A stretch of DNA of 64,000 nucleotides from Octopus sinensis (lineage: Eukaryota), in assembly GCF_006345805.1 (NCBI RefSeq), contig NC_043016.1, positions 23,932,001 through 23,996,000 of the forward strand, in the 5' to 3' direction. Positions 1 to 13,685 of the stretch are shown piece after piece. The notes beneath the pieces are model-generated. The model saw nothing but the letters and a program-made list of their open reading frames with translations, had not been told where the DNA came from and did not search any database. Position numbers and translations under genes: made by a program. Position 1 is the stretch's first letter. The number at the start of each line of letters is the position of its first letter.

Positions 1-206
1 TTTACTTGTTTCAGTCGTTTGGCTGTGGCCATGCTGGAGCACCGCCTTTAGTCGAGCAAATCGAGCCCAGGACTTATTCTTTATGAGTAGTACTTATTCT
101 ATCGGTCTCTTTTGCCGAACCACTAAGTTACAGGGACGTAAACACACCAGCATCGGTTGGCAAGTGATGTTGGAGGGGACAACACAGACACCAAACATAT
201 ACACAC

Positions 207-253
<47 letters not shown>

Positions 254-428
254 AACATATACGATGGGCTTCTTTCAGTTTCCATCTACCAAATCAAATC
301 TCACAAGGTTTTGGTCAGCCTGAGGCTATAGTAGAAAACACTTGCCCAAGGTGCCACGCAGTGGGACTGAACCCAGAACCATGTGATTCGTAAGCAAGCT
401 ACTTACCACACAGCCACTCCAACACCTA
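1..428 (-). mobile_element. tRNA-headed SINE, family A (bipartite, internal TA microsatellite)
   Basis: Reverse complement of a head with A box TGGCTGTGTGG and B box GGTTCAGTCCC, body ACCTTGGGCAAGTG and tail GTCAAATGACTGAAACAAGTAAA; more than 15 copies in the window. Confidence 0.9.
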
Positions 429-432
429 TGTA

Positions 433-471
<39 letters not shown>

Positions 472-944
472 TGATATATAACCTGCATGCAATCAGATAC
501 AAGTCCTTGATTATTAGAATCAAATAGCAAACTGTCCCACCAAACTTCATCTATCCTTTAACTGGAGTTTCAACAAACCATATAGATATGTTTTGGTTGC
601 TAATAAAGTGGCATCTGATATATGTAGATGCTTCTCAAGATCAACTGCTGTTATTGTCACTAGCATGGAATGAAAACTTGTCCTGTTCTACTGTTTGGGA
701 CATATCATGCATTATATATAAAAAAACATTTCTTTTGCAACACTTAAGTCATATTCTTCACAGTGAACTCCAATACTATTTGATATATTGTCTTAAATCC
801 TTAAAAATGTTTTAGCCCAAAGGCCGCGGCCATGCTGGGGCACCACCACTGTCTAGGGATGTAATACTAATTTTTTTCTCAATATGTCTGTCTGTCCATC
901 TCGGCTTTTGCCCCTCTCTTTATCTCTCTCATATATATATGTAT

Positions 945-1144
945 TCTTTTATTTGCTTCAGTCATTTGACTGTGGCCATGCTGGAGCACCAACTTTAGTT
1001 GAACAAATCAACCCTAGGACTTATTCTTTGTAAGCCTAGTACTTATTCTATCGGTCTCCTTTGCCAAACCACTAAGTTATGGGGAGGTAAACCACCAACA
1101 TTGGTTGTTGAGCGATGGTGGGGGACAAACACAGATACACAAAC

Positions 1145-1182
<38 letters not shown>

Positions 1183-1355
1183 TATACAACCACACCACAC
1201 ACACATATTATACGAAAGACTTCTCAGTTTCCGTCTACCAAATTCACTCACAAGGCTTTGGTTGGCCCGAGGCTATATTAGAAGACACTTACCATGCAGT
1301 GGAACTGAACCTGGAACTATGTGGTTGGTAAGCAAGCTACTTACCACACCGCCAC
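945..1355 (-). mobile_element. SINE family A
   Basis: Same head, body and tail as 1-428, with a central (TA)n. Confidence 0.9.
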
Positions 1356-1374
1356 ATATATTATATATATATGT

Positions 1375-1472
1375 GCCTCCAAGAACACAACATGCAACCC
1401 GGTCCAGGAATCAAACTCTTTACCTCATGATTGTGAGCCTGACACTCTAACCACTGAGCCATGCACCTTCAC
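1375..1472 (-). mobile_element. tRNA-like head of SINE family C
   Basis: Minus strand GTGAAGGTGCATGGCTCAGTGGTTAGAGTG...GTTTGATTCC has A and B boxes; same head at 50371. Confidence 0.7.
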
Positions 1473-2177
1473 ACATATATATTATTATATATATTATATG
1501 AAAACAAGCAGCTTACTAACCTCCCTCTGACTTCAAGTTTCACAGGGCAATCATAAATCTACATAATTCATATGTGTTTATACAGCAGGTTCTAATGCAT
1601 ATTTATTCACACATATACACACAGCCACCATACAACTGACATACATGCAGCTGATATGCACAGCTGACACATACATCCACATATTCACACACACAAGTAC
1701 TCATACATGGCTGACAAGTACCCTCACACACGTGTACATGCAACCTAGCAATCATGCACAAAAAGATCTGATGCCTTCAACTCTCACTCATACACTGGCT
1801 TACACATGTGCACCCCCTAACCATACACACGGATAACAGATACAAACGCATAGAAATCAGAGGCATCTACACACTCATACATCAGGTATACACATACACA
1901 TACACACCCTTGCCCTCAAGTCTCATCAGACACCAAGGCACCACCAGCTTCCTGTTCAACCATGTGGTCCAAGAAATTTCCCTTTTAAATGCATCTAGAG
2001 TCACTTGAACGTTGATCTTACTTCTAACAACACCATGTGACCCAATTTGCAATAGCCAACTTGGTCTTCATGCATGGAGCCAAATCAACTGTTTTAAATA
2101 ATAATATATTTAATTCTTGCTAAACGTATCGTGTACCTCTTTCTTTCCCATATACTCACCCATATATATGTGTGTAT

Positions 2178-2229
<52 letters not shown>

Positions 2230-2261
2230 TATATATATATCCTCCTCATCACCATCATCGT

Positions 2262-2540
2262 CAAGAGTAGTGACTTTGATTCCCGGGCTGGGATGTGTGT
2301 TGTGTTCTTGAGCAAAGTACTTTATTTTACATTGTTCCAGTAAGCTCAGCTGTAGAAACGAGTTGTGATGTCACTGGTGCCAAGCTGTATTGGCTTTTGC
2401 CTTTCCCTTGGATAACACTGGTGGAGTGGAGAGGGGAGATGGTATGCATGGGCAACTGCTGGTCTCCCATAAACAAACTTGCCTGGACTTGTGTCTTGGA
2501 GGGGAACTTTCTAGGTGCAATCCCATGGTCATTCATGACC
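2262..2540 (+). mobile_element. SINE family C-like body
   Basis: TTTGATTCCCGGGCTGGG...GTGTTCTTGAGCAAAGTACTTTATTTTACATTGTTCCAG matches the sequence following the 1375 and 50371 heads. Confidence 0.6.
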
Positions 2541-2642
2541 TTCACTTTTATTAATATTTAGCAGAAGTAACAGAGGGGCTCATGGTCTGAGAGTTTCAAG
2601 CATTGGCACTTGTCAAACTAATATATATATATATATATAATA

Positions 2643-3077
2643 GGCATAGGAGTGGCTGTGTGGTAAGTAGCTTGCTTACAAAACACATGGTTCCAGGTTG
2701 AGTCCCACTGCGTGGCACCTTGGGCAAGTGTCTTCTACTATAGCCTCAGGCCGACCAAAGCCTTGTGAGTGGATTTGGTAGACGGAAACTGAAAGAAGCC
2801 CCTCGTATATATATATATATATATAGATATAGATATATAGATATATATGTATATGTATGTATGTATGTGTGTGTATACAATTGTGTGTCTGTGTTTGTCC
2901 CCACCAACATCGCATGACAACTGATACTGGTGTGTTTACGTTCCCATAACTTAGCAGTTCAGCAAAAGAGAACTGATACAATAAGTACTAGGCTTACAAA
3001 GAATAAGTCCTGGGTCGATTGCTTGACTAAAGGCGGTGCTCCAGCATGGCCACAGTCAAATGACTGAAACAAGTAAA
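2643..3077 (+). mobile_element. SINE family A, full length
   Basis: Runs from GGCATAGGAGTGGCTGTGTGG to TGACTGAAACAAGTAAA with an internal TA/TG tract. Confidence 0.9.
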
Positions 3078-5961
3078 TGGGAGTAAATATATTGTCATTA
3101 TCATCATTTTTTATATCTATCATCCATTCTCCATGATAGCAGTAGTTAGGTAAATTCTCTATAGCTGGATACTCTTCTCATTGCTGTGTCTGTGTGTATG
3201 TGTGTGTGTGTGTATGTGTGCTTGCATTATGCAAGATTCTTGATAAGAAGTCATATGTTGAACAGATGTTGTTATATCTTGGTATGATCATTTTGCCAAT
3301 TGAAAAGAAACATACTTTCATTATTATTGCTAGTCAACAAGTTAACTAAATTAACTGATTAATTATTCAATTTTCTGATTAATTCTCCAATCAGTCAATC
3401 AATCTGTTCATTTGCCAGAGTATCTTCATTCCGATTCATGAACAAGTTCTTCGGTGCAATGACCTTTATTACTCCAGATCCGTCTTCTTGTCTCCAAAAG
3501 GGATCTCTTGACCTTTGTTACTGTATGTATATATTTTGGAATATGTGTGAGTGTGTATATGTATTGGAGTGAGTGGTAGGTGTGATGGTCATATGCAGTT
3601 TGTTAGTGTCTGGTGACCAGACTCTGTATGTATGGGTGTTTTGGTGTATGTGTGTGTGTATGTGTGTGTGTGTGTGTGTAGTATGAGCCCAAGAAACATA
3701 TACATGTCCACAGGAAAAAATGTGTCACAAAAACATCATAGGAAAACTGTAAAAGAAATGACTGATTTAATTATTTTATTTGTTATATATAAGACATTGA
3801 ACAAAACAGGATTTTTTTTCACATATGTGAAACTATCGTTATTACAAACAGGTTACGTATTTTTTATTATTATAATTTTATTGTTAAACATAGCAAAAGA
3901 AAAACAAATTCCACACCTTCTATTGACCAGCTTATTTTTTTTTTATGTTCATGATTAAGTTAGCAAAAGTAATGCTGTGAAGAACAACTAGCAATATCTG
4001 CTACATCTGTCACTTTATCCCATGGATTTTTTTCTCAAGTCTCAGCAGTGAATGATATGAATCTATCTATTAATAGTTGACATCTGCTCTTCTGCTTTGC
4101 AGACAACAGCTCCTGATTTTATGACCAAAAGGAAAATACTGGCACTGAAGGCTATTACAAAACATTGTGTTGGTGTTTTAAATGAGTGATATGCACATTC
4201 CATGAACCTGACACCCACTGTTGCTGTGATCTACACTAACAGACTCCAGCTGTAATGAGAAACTGCCAGCCTTAAGGTTCCTTTTAATAACAACATTTAT
4301 TGCCATGAATTGAAGCAACTGTCCCCACTGTAACAAGAGAGTAGGCGCTGTCCAAATTTGTAGATAGTAGCTCTGCATTGGCACTTTTGTGGCTCACTCA
4401 TGGAGATCAAGGCATAGGCAACTCCAATGTTTGTACACTCATCTCTAAAAAGGATGTGTTAGACAAAGAGAGCATCATACTTCACCAAGTGCTGCTACTT
4501 GGCCGTGAAGCAGTCAAGTGGAAAACAAAATCATGTTGGTCCAGGTATAACTGGTTACATGTCCTGGTGGAATACATATGATACTGTTTCAGCTGCATTG
4601 AGTTTGTGATGCAAAAGGAAGGATGCATCATGAACTCAGACAGCTCTGCTCTCCTGTAACTATGATCAATATTAGGCACAGATATATAGTACAGAACCTT
4701 CTGGATGAATATGTGCTGAAAATGATTGAGGAAAGATAGCTATGAATGCTAAATCAGACATTAAACAGAAGTCAAGATTGTTGAACCTCACAGTTGTGAC
4801 AGTCGGTGTTGAAAATGTCATTGCAGGTGAATCTCATGCACAAACAACCAGTGGCAACAAGTTCATTGAGCTGTCCTAAATAGAAATAGCATTGTTGACT
4901 GACTCACCACTTTTTATTTATGACCACGAGCAACTTGGGCCTATATGTTGTTGGAGTTGGTATGTATCCATAGTCTAGATCTCTTTTAAAAGTTGGTATT
5001 TAGACATTAAAGAATATTTTCAATGATGAAATCTAGTATGTACTGTGTGGCACCTTGGGCAAGTGTCTTCTACTATAGCATCGTGCCGACCAAAGCCTTG
5101 TGAGTGGATTTGGTAGATGGAAACTGAAAGAAGCCCATCGTATATATGTGTATATATATATGTATAAATTATAAAAAATAATCACTATTCATATTATTAA
5201 ATTTAATTTCAAATCAAATAATTATATAATATTTTAATAATAACTAAATTATCAATGAATATATACATATGTATATAAATATAAGAATTAAGATCTAAAA
5301 TTATCTCTATCAAAAAATATATATGCACTTATAATAAAAACCTAATAAATAGATTAATTATTCATTATTACTTATGAAATATATTAAAAATTAAAAGATT
5401 AAAGATGAAAAAGCAAATTGTAAACAAACTATCTTAAAAGAACGCTATAACTAATTAACGATCCATATATCTCGCTGGCTAATTAATAACTTATAAAAAC
5501 TGTATAGTTAAGAACTAAAATGAAATAATGAAATACATACCTTCAACAACTAAATACTTAATGAAATTATCAATCCGTAGTTATATAGTATCCAATAAAT
5601 ACTACTAATATATTTATCAATGAAAATACTACTACAAATTATTAATTGAAAATAGCAATATATAAGTTATAATAGACGAAGTCAACTATTAGAGATATTT
5701 ATGAATATACAAAATAGCTTAAAAAAATAAACTCACAAATATCCTTAACTCAGTTATAGTCCAAAAATTTAATTACCAAATTAATTAACTAAAAAATATT
5801 ATTCATATATTAGATTTAAGTACACATCTAACAATTATAAAAGATTTAAAATAATAACTAAATAACTATCAACAAATATAGTTAATAAAGACTAAAATTT
5901 ATGCTATCAATAAATGGAAATACATGAAACCTAACTTTAAAAAAACTTGTATTACTATTAA

Positions 5962-6245
5962 TCATCATCATCATCGTTTAACGTCGTTCTCCATGCTAGC
6001 ATGGGTTGGACGGTCGAACCGGGGATCTGGGAAGCCAGAAGGCTGCACCAGGCTCCAGTCTTATCTGGCAATGTTTCTACAGCTGGATGCCCTTCCTAAT
6101 GCCAACCACTCCGTGAGTGTAGTGGGTGCTTTTTAAGTGCCACCTGCACAGGTGCCAGGCGAGGCTGGCAACGGCCACGGTCGGATTGTTGTATTTTACG
6201 TGCCAGTCAATGCGGCGCTGGCATCGGCCACGAGTCGGATAGTGC
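5962..6245 (-). mobile_element. RTE-clade LINE 3' end
   Basis: (CAT)n-CGTTTAACGTC...CCATGCTAGCATGGGTTGGA is the reverse complement of the tail that follows RTE ORF ends at 44.1 kb and 63.2 kb. Confidence 0.8.
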
Positions 6246-7956
6246 TCTATATATCTTTTTGGCTAAGTAAAATCTTACAAATAAACGTAGAGTTAAAATC
6301 TAATAACTATATAAATCACTCCGATAACTAAATCATTACATAACATTCAGTATTTATATAAAATACAAAATTATACAAGAAGACTTATCAAAATATTTAA
6401 ATTTTAAAATTTTAAAGTCTTAAATATAAATATATACTTAGCTTTGCAAGGTTTGTGATGAACTTATATATTATATATATAACATATATATATTAAGTAT
6501 ATATATATCTATATAATAATAAATATATATATGTATGTATAATATATCTATATAATATATAAATATATATATGTATGTATATATGTATCTATATAATAAT
6601 AAATATATATATGATAAATATATCTATATATATATATATATATATGTATGTATATATATATATATATATATATATCTACATACATATATATATATACATA
6701 TACATGTAATATATATATATATGTAAATATACACCTGCATATATGGGTACAGGATGTTACCAACAGTGCAAATAACATGAAATACGTAAACACCGAGAAA
6801 AAAATGGAAAACAGGACAAGTAAACACAGAGAAAAGACCCTTAATTAGTTATTGGCTGCCTATCCTCATTTCAATCATTCAATGACAATATGAGTCTTCA
6901 AAGACAGTTGCTCCCATATATTCTAAAATAAAATTTAGTGTTTTATGGAGTGTCAAAGTTGGGAACAAAAAAGTAACAGTGGAGACATACAAGGAAACCG
7001 AATGAAAACAATCATGGAGGGTCGTTAGACCAGAATGAGAGGAAAATAGTAAACACTGGGAGAAACACTTTCTTGCAAGTGAGCCAGCAACCTTACTGGT
7101 GCTTGTGGCATGAAAAAGCACCCAGCATTCTCTGTAAAGTGGTTGGTGTTAGGAAGAGCATCTAGCTGTAGAAATCATGCCAAAGCTGACACTGGACCTC
7201 AACTAAGCCTTACAACTTGCCAGATCCTGTCAAACCATCCAACCTATGTTTATATGGAAAGTGATTGTTAAATGATGATGATGATGGGTTGCTAAGAATC
7301 CTTGTTTCTGAGCAGTGTTGAAATGTTGACTCTCCTTTCAGCTTTCTCCTTTCACTGACACAACCACTTCAACAGAAATAAGCATTGATAAAAATAAAAA
7401 AAACAGTATATGTAATCTCTATAAAATAATAGCCGATAAAAGTGTTGGTTGGTTGGTTGGTTGATTCTTTCAGTCACATTTTACATCATATAGAGAAAGA
7501 GAGAGAGAGAGTAAATGGAGATATAGAGTGAGTTAACACAAGAGGTACAAGATGAATGAAATACCAGGCTTGGTGGCAGACTAGAAGTGAATGAACACCA
7601 CGTGCACACGCACATACAAAATGTGAGAGACTCGCAGAGGCAGAGGAAAAGGAGAGAGGGAGAAATTTCCGTAATATAAAATTAACACAGAGAGTAGTTT
7701 AAATTCCTACTTTTTTGTTTTACACTTTTTGGATATTCTTTTATTGAATTATTTAATGTAATAAATATTTTATTTTGAAAATTAGTATTCATTTCATCAT
7801 TTTTATAAATACCAAGAAATTGATAAAAGTCGAATTATTGTATGTATGTTATATTACCTGATATTTCTTGAAGGTGGCAAAAGGATATGTCAAAGGTACC
7901 ACTCGTATAATGGGTATCACTCATAATATAAACACAATAATTTTGTAGGAGTAATA

Positions 7957-8514
7957 CAGGGTACTTCAAAAATGACACACCATAAAGTTAAAACTATAGA
8001 ATTTGTGAATTTGATTTCAAAATATTAGTCAGCAAACAAAATTATATTCAAGGTCAATGATATGTAGTAGTGAAAGGACCACTGTTGAGCATTCGCATCA
8101 TTCAAACTTCCATTGAAATGTGTTGTGTCAGCTGTGATATTTTCCAAAGACAGATGTGTGTTTATTGTTGAATGGGTGGAAATGAAGCTGCAACCAGGTT
8201 AAAGAGAATGACAAAGTGACACAAATGACAAAAAATATATAAGCTGATTACACAAACATTTTAATAACTATAAATACTCAGACATCAAACATTCAACAAT
8301 AGATATGCTTTCGTCATTGAAGAGTGCCATAACTGACAAGAGACACTTGAATTGACACTTGAACAATACCAGCACAGAATACTATTACTTACACCTCAAC
8401 ATTCTGTTGAGCTTCAGCTCAGTGTAACTGGCTAATGTTTTTTAGTATCAAGTTCACATGAACATACATTCTATTTTCTTAACCTTACAGATGCCTTCTT
8501 TTCCAAACACCCTG
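7957..8514. mobile_element. Tc1/mariner-type MITE
   Basis: TA|CAGGGT...ACCCTG|TA termini, imperfect TIR, no ORF. Confidence 0.5.
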
Positions 8515-8669
8515 TATAACTAACTGGTGATACTTTCAAACTTTTAAGAGTATTATCCCCAGTTGCTGATACACATTTGTGATAAAAGCTGATCACTGAA
8601 TAAAATCCATCATCATCATCACCATCACCATCACCATCACCATCATGATTATTATTATTATTAAGGTGG

Positions 8670-9118
8670 TGGGCTGACAGAATCATTAGCATGCTGGACA
8701 AAATGCTTAGTGGTATTTCACCCATTGCTCCGCTCTGAATTCAAATTCTGCTGAGGTCAACTTAGCCTATAATCCTTTTGGGGTTGATAAAACCAGTTGG
8801 ACACTGGGGTCAATGAAATCAACTCATCACATCCCCAAAATGGCTGCCCTTGTGGCAAAATTTGAAACTATTATTATCATTCTTCTTCTTCTTATTATTA
8901 TTATTATGGTAATGATGATGATGTTGATAGTGTCTCCCCTTTAAGGTGGTAAGCTAGCAGAATCAGGAACACATCTAAGAAAATGCTTTAGTGGCATTTC
9001 TTCTGACTCTTTTACTTTCTCAGTTCAAATTCAGTCAAGGTCAGCTTTGCCTTTCGTCCTTTCTGGATTGCTAAAATAATTACCGCTCAATTACTGGAGT
9101 TGCTCTAATCAGCTAGTT
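8670..9118 (+). mobile_element. Two degraded copies of SINE family B
   Basis: GGCTGACAGAATCATTAGCATGCTGG...TTCAAATTC...GTCAACTT, similar to the intact copy at 29995. Confidence 0.7.
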
Positions 9119-9678
9119 TGCTGTCACTTAAAGCACGTGGAACCCATGCACCATACTTCTGAACTTTTCCCATCGAATGAAGATGCTTCTCTATAGCAGT
9201 GTGGGAGCATTCCATTTTCTCTGCCAGTTCCCTTGTCGTTTGATGAGAATTTTCGTGCAAAAGTTGGTTTAATTGCTTTTCATTGAACTCAACTGGACGG
9301 CCAGAACGAGGTGCGTCTTTAAGGTCAAAATTTCCATTTTTGAACTTGGCATACCAATCACGAGCAGTTCTTTCAGCTATGGCACCCTCTCCATACACAG
9401 CACAAATGTCACCAGCAGCTTTTGCAGCCTTAGAACCTTGATTAAAAGCAAAAAGAAGGAGGTGTCGAAAATGCTCGTTTTTCTTAACTTGACATTCCAT
9501 TTTAATGATCTGAAAATAAACAAAAATTAGTTAAAATTAAGTAGAATAAAAAAAAACAAAATAGATTTCAAAATGACTCAAAAATAGAATTCTTGAAAAA
9601 AATAGATTCCAAAATTTAAAAACGCAATAAATTCCAAAATTTAAAAAAACAGTGGGAACTTAAGTTACAAACCCAATA
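9110..9678 (-). mobile_element. Mariner transposon, 5' half (3'-truncated)
   Basis: ORF 9105-9500 MECQVKKNEHFRHLLLFAFNQG...DAPRSGRP...WVPRAL contains the mariner HTH and WVPHEL-like motif; TIR-like end TA|TATTGGGTTTGTAAC near 9678. Confidence 0.92.
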
Positions 9679-9761
9679 TATACACACACATGCATACATA
9701 TATATATAGATAGATATACATGTATGTATATACACACACACTTTCTTGTATCTCTCTCTCT

Positions 9762-9802
<41 letters not shown>

Positions 9803-9821
9803 GTGTGTGTGTGTCTATAAT

Positions 9822-10485
9822 CCTCATCATCATTGTTTAACGTCCGTTTTCCATGCTGACATGGGTTGCACAGTTTGACTGAGGACAGGCAAGCCAGTAG
9901 GCTGCACCAGGCTCCAATCTTATCTGGCAAGGTTTCTACAACTGGATGCCCTTCCTAATGCCAACCACTTCAAGAGTGTAGCATGTGCTTTTATGTGTCA
10001 CTGGCATGGGAGCCAGTCAGGTGGCACTGGCATCAACTACATTTGGATGGTGCTTTTTACATGCAAGCAGCACAGGAGCCAGTCGAGGGCACTCTGGCAT
10101 TAACCACATTTGAATGATGCATTTTTACGTGTCGCCAGCACAGGGAGCTAGTCAGGTGGCACTAGCAGTGACTCACACTTGAATGGTGATCACTATGTAC
10201 CATGAGCACGTGTGTCAATCAGACAGCACTGGAATCAACCACGACTATGATTCCACTTGACTCAACAGGTCTTCTCAAGCACAGCGTGTTGCCCGGCAAT
10301 TCAAATGTACTTATAAAGAGCTGGTTATGCAACACTGCTGCGATCTCACTTTACTTGCCGGGTCTTCTCAATCACAGCATATCTCCAAAGGTCTTGGTCT
10401 CTTGTCATTGCCTCTGTGAGGTACAACATCTGAAGGTCATGCTTCGCCATTTCATCCCATGTCTTCCTGAGTCTACCTCTTCCAT
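9822..10485 (-). mobile_element. RTE LINE 3' fragment with tandem units in the 3' UTR
   Basis: Minus strand encodes GRGR..KTWDE-like C-terminus, then UTR and (GAT)n tail. Confidence 0.85.
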
Positions 10486-10494
10486 ATATGTGTG

Positions 10495-10533
<39 letters not shown>

Positions 10534-10627
10534 TAGTAAATTTTCATATATTCCATCTTCCATTTGCCACATATATATGTGCTTGCATAGCAAATGACCT
10601 GATCTGAGATCGTGTGCTAGGACAAAA

Positions 10628-10899
10628 ACAATTGCAGCATAGAAGGTGCTTATAAGCCATATAAGACAAAAACCGTTAGATTCACTTCAACATTTAAATT
10701 TAATTTGCCGAAATATTTTCATTGCTTTGAGGCCATAACCTGTTCACTGACAAAATTCCTTGCAGCATGGAATTTTGTCAGTGAACAGGTCGCGGTCTCA
10801 AAGTGACGAAAATATTTCGACAAATTAAATTTAAATGTTGAAGTGAATCTAACGGTTTTTGTGTTTCTTAAATGGCTTATAAACACCTTCCATGCTGCA

Positions 10900-10904
<5 letters not shown>
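10628..10904. repeat. Foldback palindrome (about 130-bp arms, 9-nt loop)
   Basis: ACAATTGCAGCAT...AAAATTCC [TTGCAGCAT] GGAATTTT...ATGCTGCAATTGT. Confidence 0.92.
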
Positions 10905-10939
<35 letters not shown>

Positions 10940-11044
10940 GGAGTAAACACATAAATGTGAAACAAGGTGGAAAAAAGAGTACTCAATACCAGTGGTATAT
11001 ATATATATATATAATATATATATGTTATTATATATATATAAATC

Positions 11045-11762
11045 ATCAGCATCATCAACATCATTAACATCTGTTTCCCATGCTGACATGGGTTGGGTGG
11101 CTTGACAGGAACTGGCAAGGCCAGGAATTGAACTAGGTTTCAGTCTGTTATGGCTTGGTTTTTACAGCTGGATGCTCTTCTTAATGCCAACCACTTTACA
11201 GAGTGTACTGGGTGCTTTTTATGCGACACCATCACCAATGCTTTTAGCATGGCACTAGCACCAGTGCTCTTTATGTAGCATCAATGCTCTTTATGTGGAG
11301 CCAGCGCTCTTTAAGTGGAAGCAGCACCTACACCAATGCTTTTTCATGTGACACCTTAGTTTTAGGATATCAATTCTGTTCTGATATGTGGGTCTCCTTG
11401 AGTACAGCAATGTGCCACATATTTCAGTCCTCTGTCATCTACTTTGTAAGTCTTCAATACTTTGTCTCATGTCTTCTTGGGTTTCCTTCTTCCACAACTT
11501 CCCTCCACTTTAAGTGATCAGCACTTCTTTATGCAACTGTCTCCAGTTGACTCCATCATGTGACCAAACCAGTAGTCTCCTCTCTTGCACACTTGAATAT
11601 AATTACTCTTATGCCTAATTTTTCTCTCAATACACTAGTGCTCTGTTGCATACATACTCTGACATTCCACATCCAGCAGAACATACTAGCTTCATTTCTC
11701 TTTGGTCTTTGCATGTCCTCTGCATTCAGGGCCCACATCTCACTATCATGTAGCACTGTAAT
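11045..11762 (-). mobile_element. RTE LINE 3' fragment
   Basis: LHDSEMWALNAEDMQR..RNEASM..WM..V is the RTE C-terminal region; (GAT)n tail. Confidence 0.85.
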
Positions 11763-12538
11763 TTTCCACTGTTCGAAGCTATCCTGGCACTCTTGTGAAG
11801 TGATACCTTTTAACACCTCTGTCGTTCTTTGCTTCATCTCTTCCACATCTGCAAATTCTGTAGTACCAGCTTTCATCACCAATGATAACCTTTGAAAAAA
11901 AGTTTGGATAAAATTTCCAGCTTTTCTTTCAGTTCACGACACATGACTGCTTTTGATCTTTTATGAGCAAGAGAGGCACAAATTTTGCTGCAACTCATTT
12001 AATTCACAATTCCTCGCACAAATCTTTCTGGCAGGAGCTCCAGGACACACTAGTCATATCAACAAATTCATCAATTGTTTGGTGATGGTCCTCCAAGATA
12101 AGTTCATGAATTTTTGTGATGTTTTCATTCATTTAGGAGGTCAATGATCGCTCTCAATGAGGTTGGTCATCAAGCAACAAGTGACCATTCCTAAAGTGTG
12201 GAAACCACTCGTAAACTTGTGTTTTGCTCATGGCAGCATCCTTGTAAGCTGTTTGAAGCATGACAATTGTTTTGGCCACTGTTTTCCCCAGCAGAAAAAA
12301 CACAATTTCAAAGAAGTACACTGTTCCTTCATTTCAACTATTGCAAAAATCGATGAACATAGGAGAAACACTGCAAAACAAAGATGCACCATGTGGCAGC
12401 ACAACTTCACTTGATGATGTCAGTCAGCATACTGATGCCTGAGGGTCATATCAAGTGGCTTCTAGAGGCAGAAGCCCCAATTACAATGGATTTGTCCCGC
12501 ACAGAAGGTTTCCGCTTACTTTTGGGTACCTCCTCATA
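11763..12538 (-). mobile_element. Internally deleted mariner
   Basis: TIR-like TA|TGAGGAGGTACCCAAAAG; N-terminal KLCFFCWGK/AAMSKTQVYEWF-like segment joined to C-terminal FADVEEMKQRTTEVLKGIT..ECQDSFEQW; catalytic DDD region absent. Confidence 0.8.
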
Positions 12539-13369
12539 CAGTGGAAAACCATTGATGATATGTGTACTTCCTTAAGGCTGACCTGTGACGAAACTACAGC
12601 CACAGAAATTATTGCACATGCTTATACCATGTGTAGACATTGGAAACCAAAACAGAAAACAAAAACGTTATTGACATCACTGAGCATGTGGTTTTGTGTA
12701 AATTAAAAAAAAAAACAAGTAATAACTACGTATTTAATAATAATGATGTTATAATTTATTAATGTTTTAAATTCCTCACTCTTACGCCCCCTACCAAAAA
12801 AAATAATAAAATTCAGAAACAATCTAAGTGCTAAAAATAAAAAAACATGCACTTGTGTTTTCTGGCTTGAACCAAAGACAGTTATTATAATAAAAGAACT
12901 AATTGCAAGTTGGCATCTAAGTTTAGTTGCAGCCCATTATGTTGGTTTAAATAATCAGAAAGCATATTTGCTTTCACTGCAAATTAAATTCAGTATTAAT
13001 TGGCAGCAATCAAGTGAGTTAAGTATAGTATAATGATAATTAAAACTTTAGTGCTACTGCTGTAATGAATGATAATCAGAGTACAGCATCAGAAATCAAT
13101 CATAAGCAATTTACTCAAACAATTAAATTGAACTGCTACTATTTTACTAATTAGTTTTAGGTTTTGGAGCATTATTTTCCTAAATTGTGAGCAGAGTTGC
13201 ATTTTGCAAATTTTCAAAGTTTCTAAATTTTATGATATAAGCATATACATGTACATGCATACATAACATAAATATGCATACACACACATACTTATATATA
13301 TATACACACACAAACACACACACTTATACACAGACACATTCAAATATACACACATACACATATATACTT

Positions 13370-13685
13370 TTTACTCTTTTACTTGTTTCAGTTATTTGAC
13401 TGTGGCCATGCTGGAGCACCACTTTTAGTCGAGCAAATCAACCCCAGGACTTTTGTAAGCCTAATACTTATTTTATCAGTCTCTTCTGCCGAACCATTAA
13501 GTTACGGGGATGTAAACACACCAGCATCGGTTGTCAAGCGATGTTGGGGGGACAAACACAGACACACACATACATATATACAATGGGCTTCTTTCAGTTT
13601 CCGTCTACCAAATCCACTCACAAGGCTTTGGTCGACCCAAGGCTATAGTAGAAGACACTTGCCCAAGGTGCCACACAGTGGGACA
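13370..13685 (-). mobile_element. SINE family A (head lost)
   Basis: Tail and body match family A. Confidence 0.85.

Noticed and set aside
4100-4900. Degraded DNA transposase (hAT-like SWWNTYD on plus, or pogo-like CIPPG on minus) or a host exon after ttctgctttgcag
   Set aside because: The motifs are weak and contradictory, all frames have stops and no TIRs were found.
5160-5960. Mitochondrial insertion (NUMT)
   Set aside because: The skew is similar, but translation with the invertebrate mitochondrial code gave many stops and no conserved motif, and I saw no rRNA landmarks; not called.
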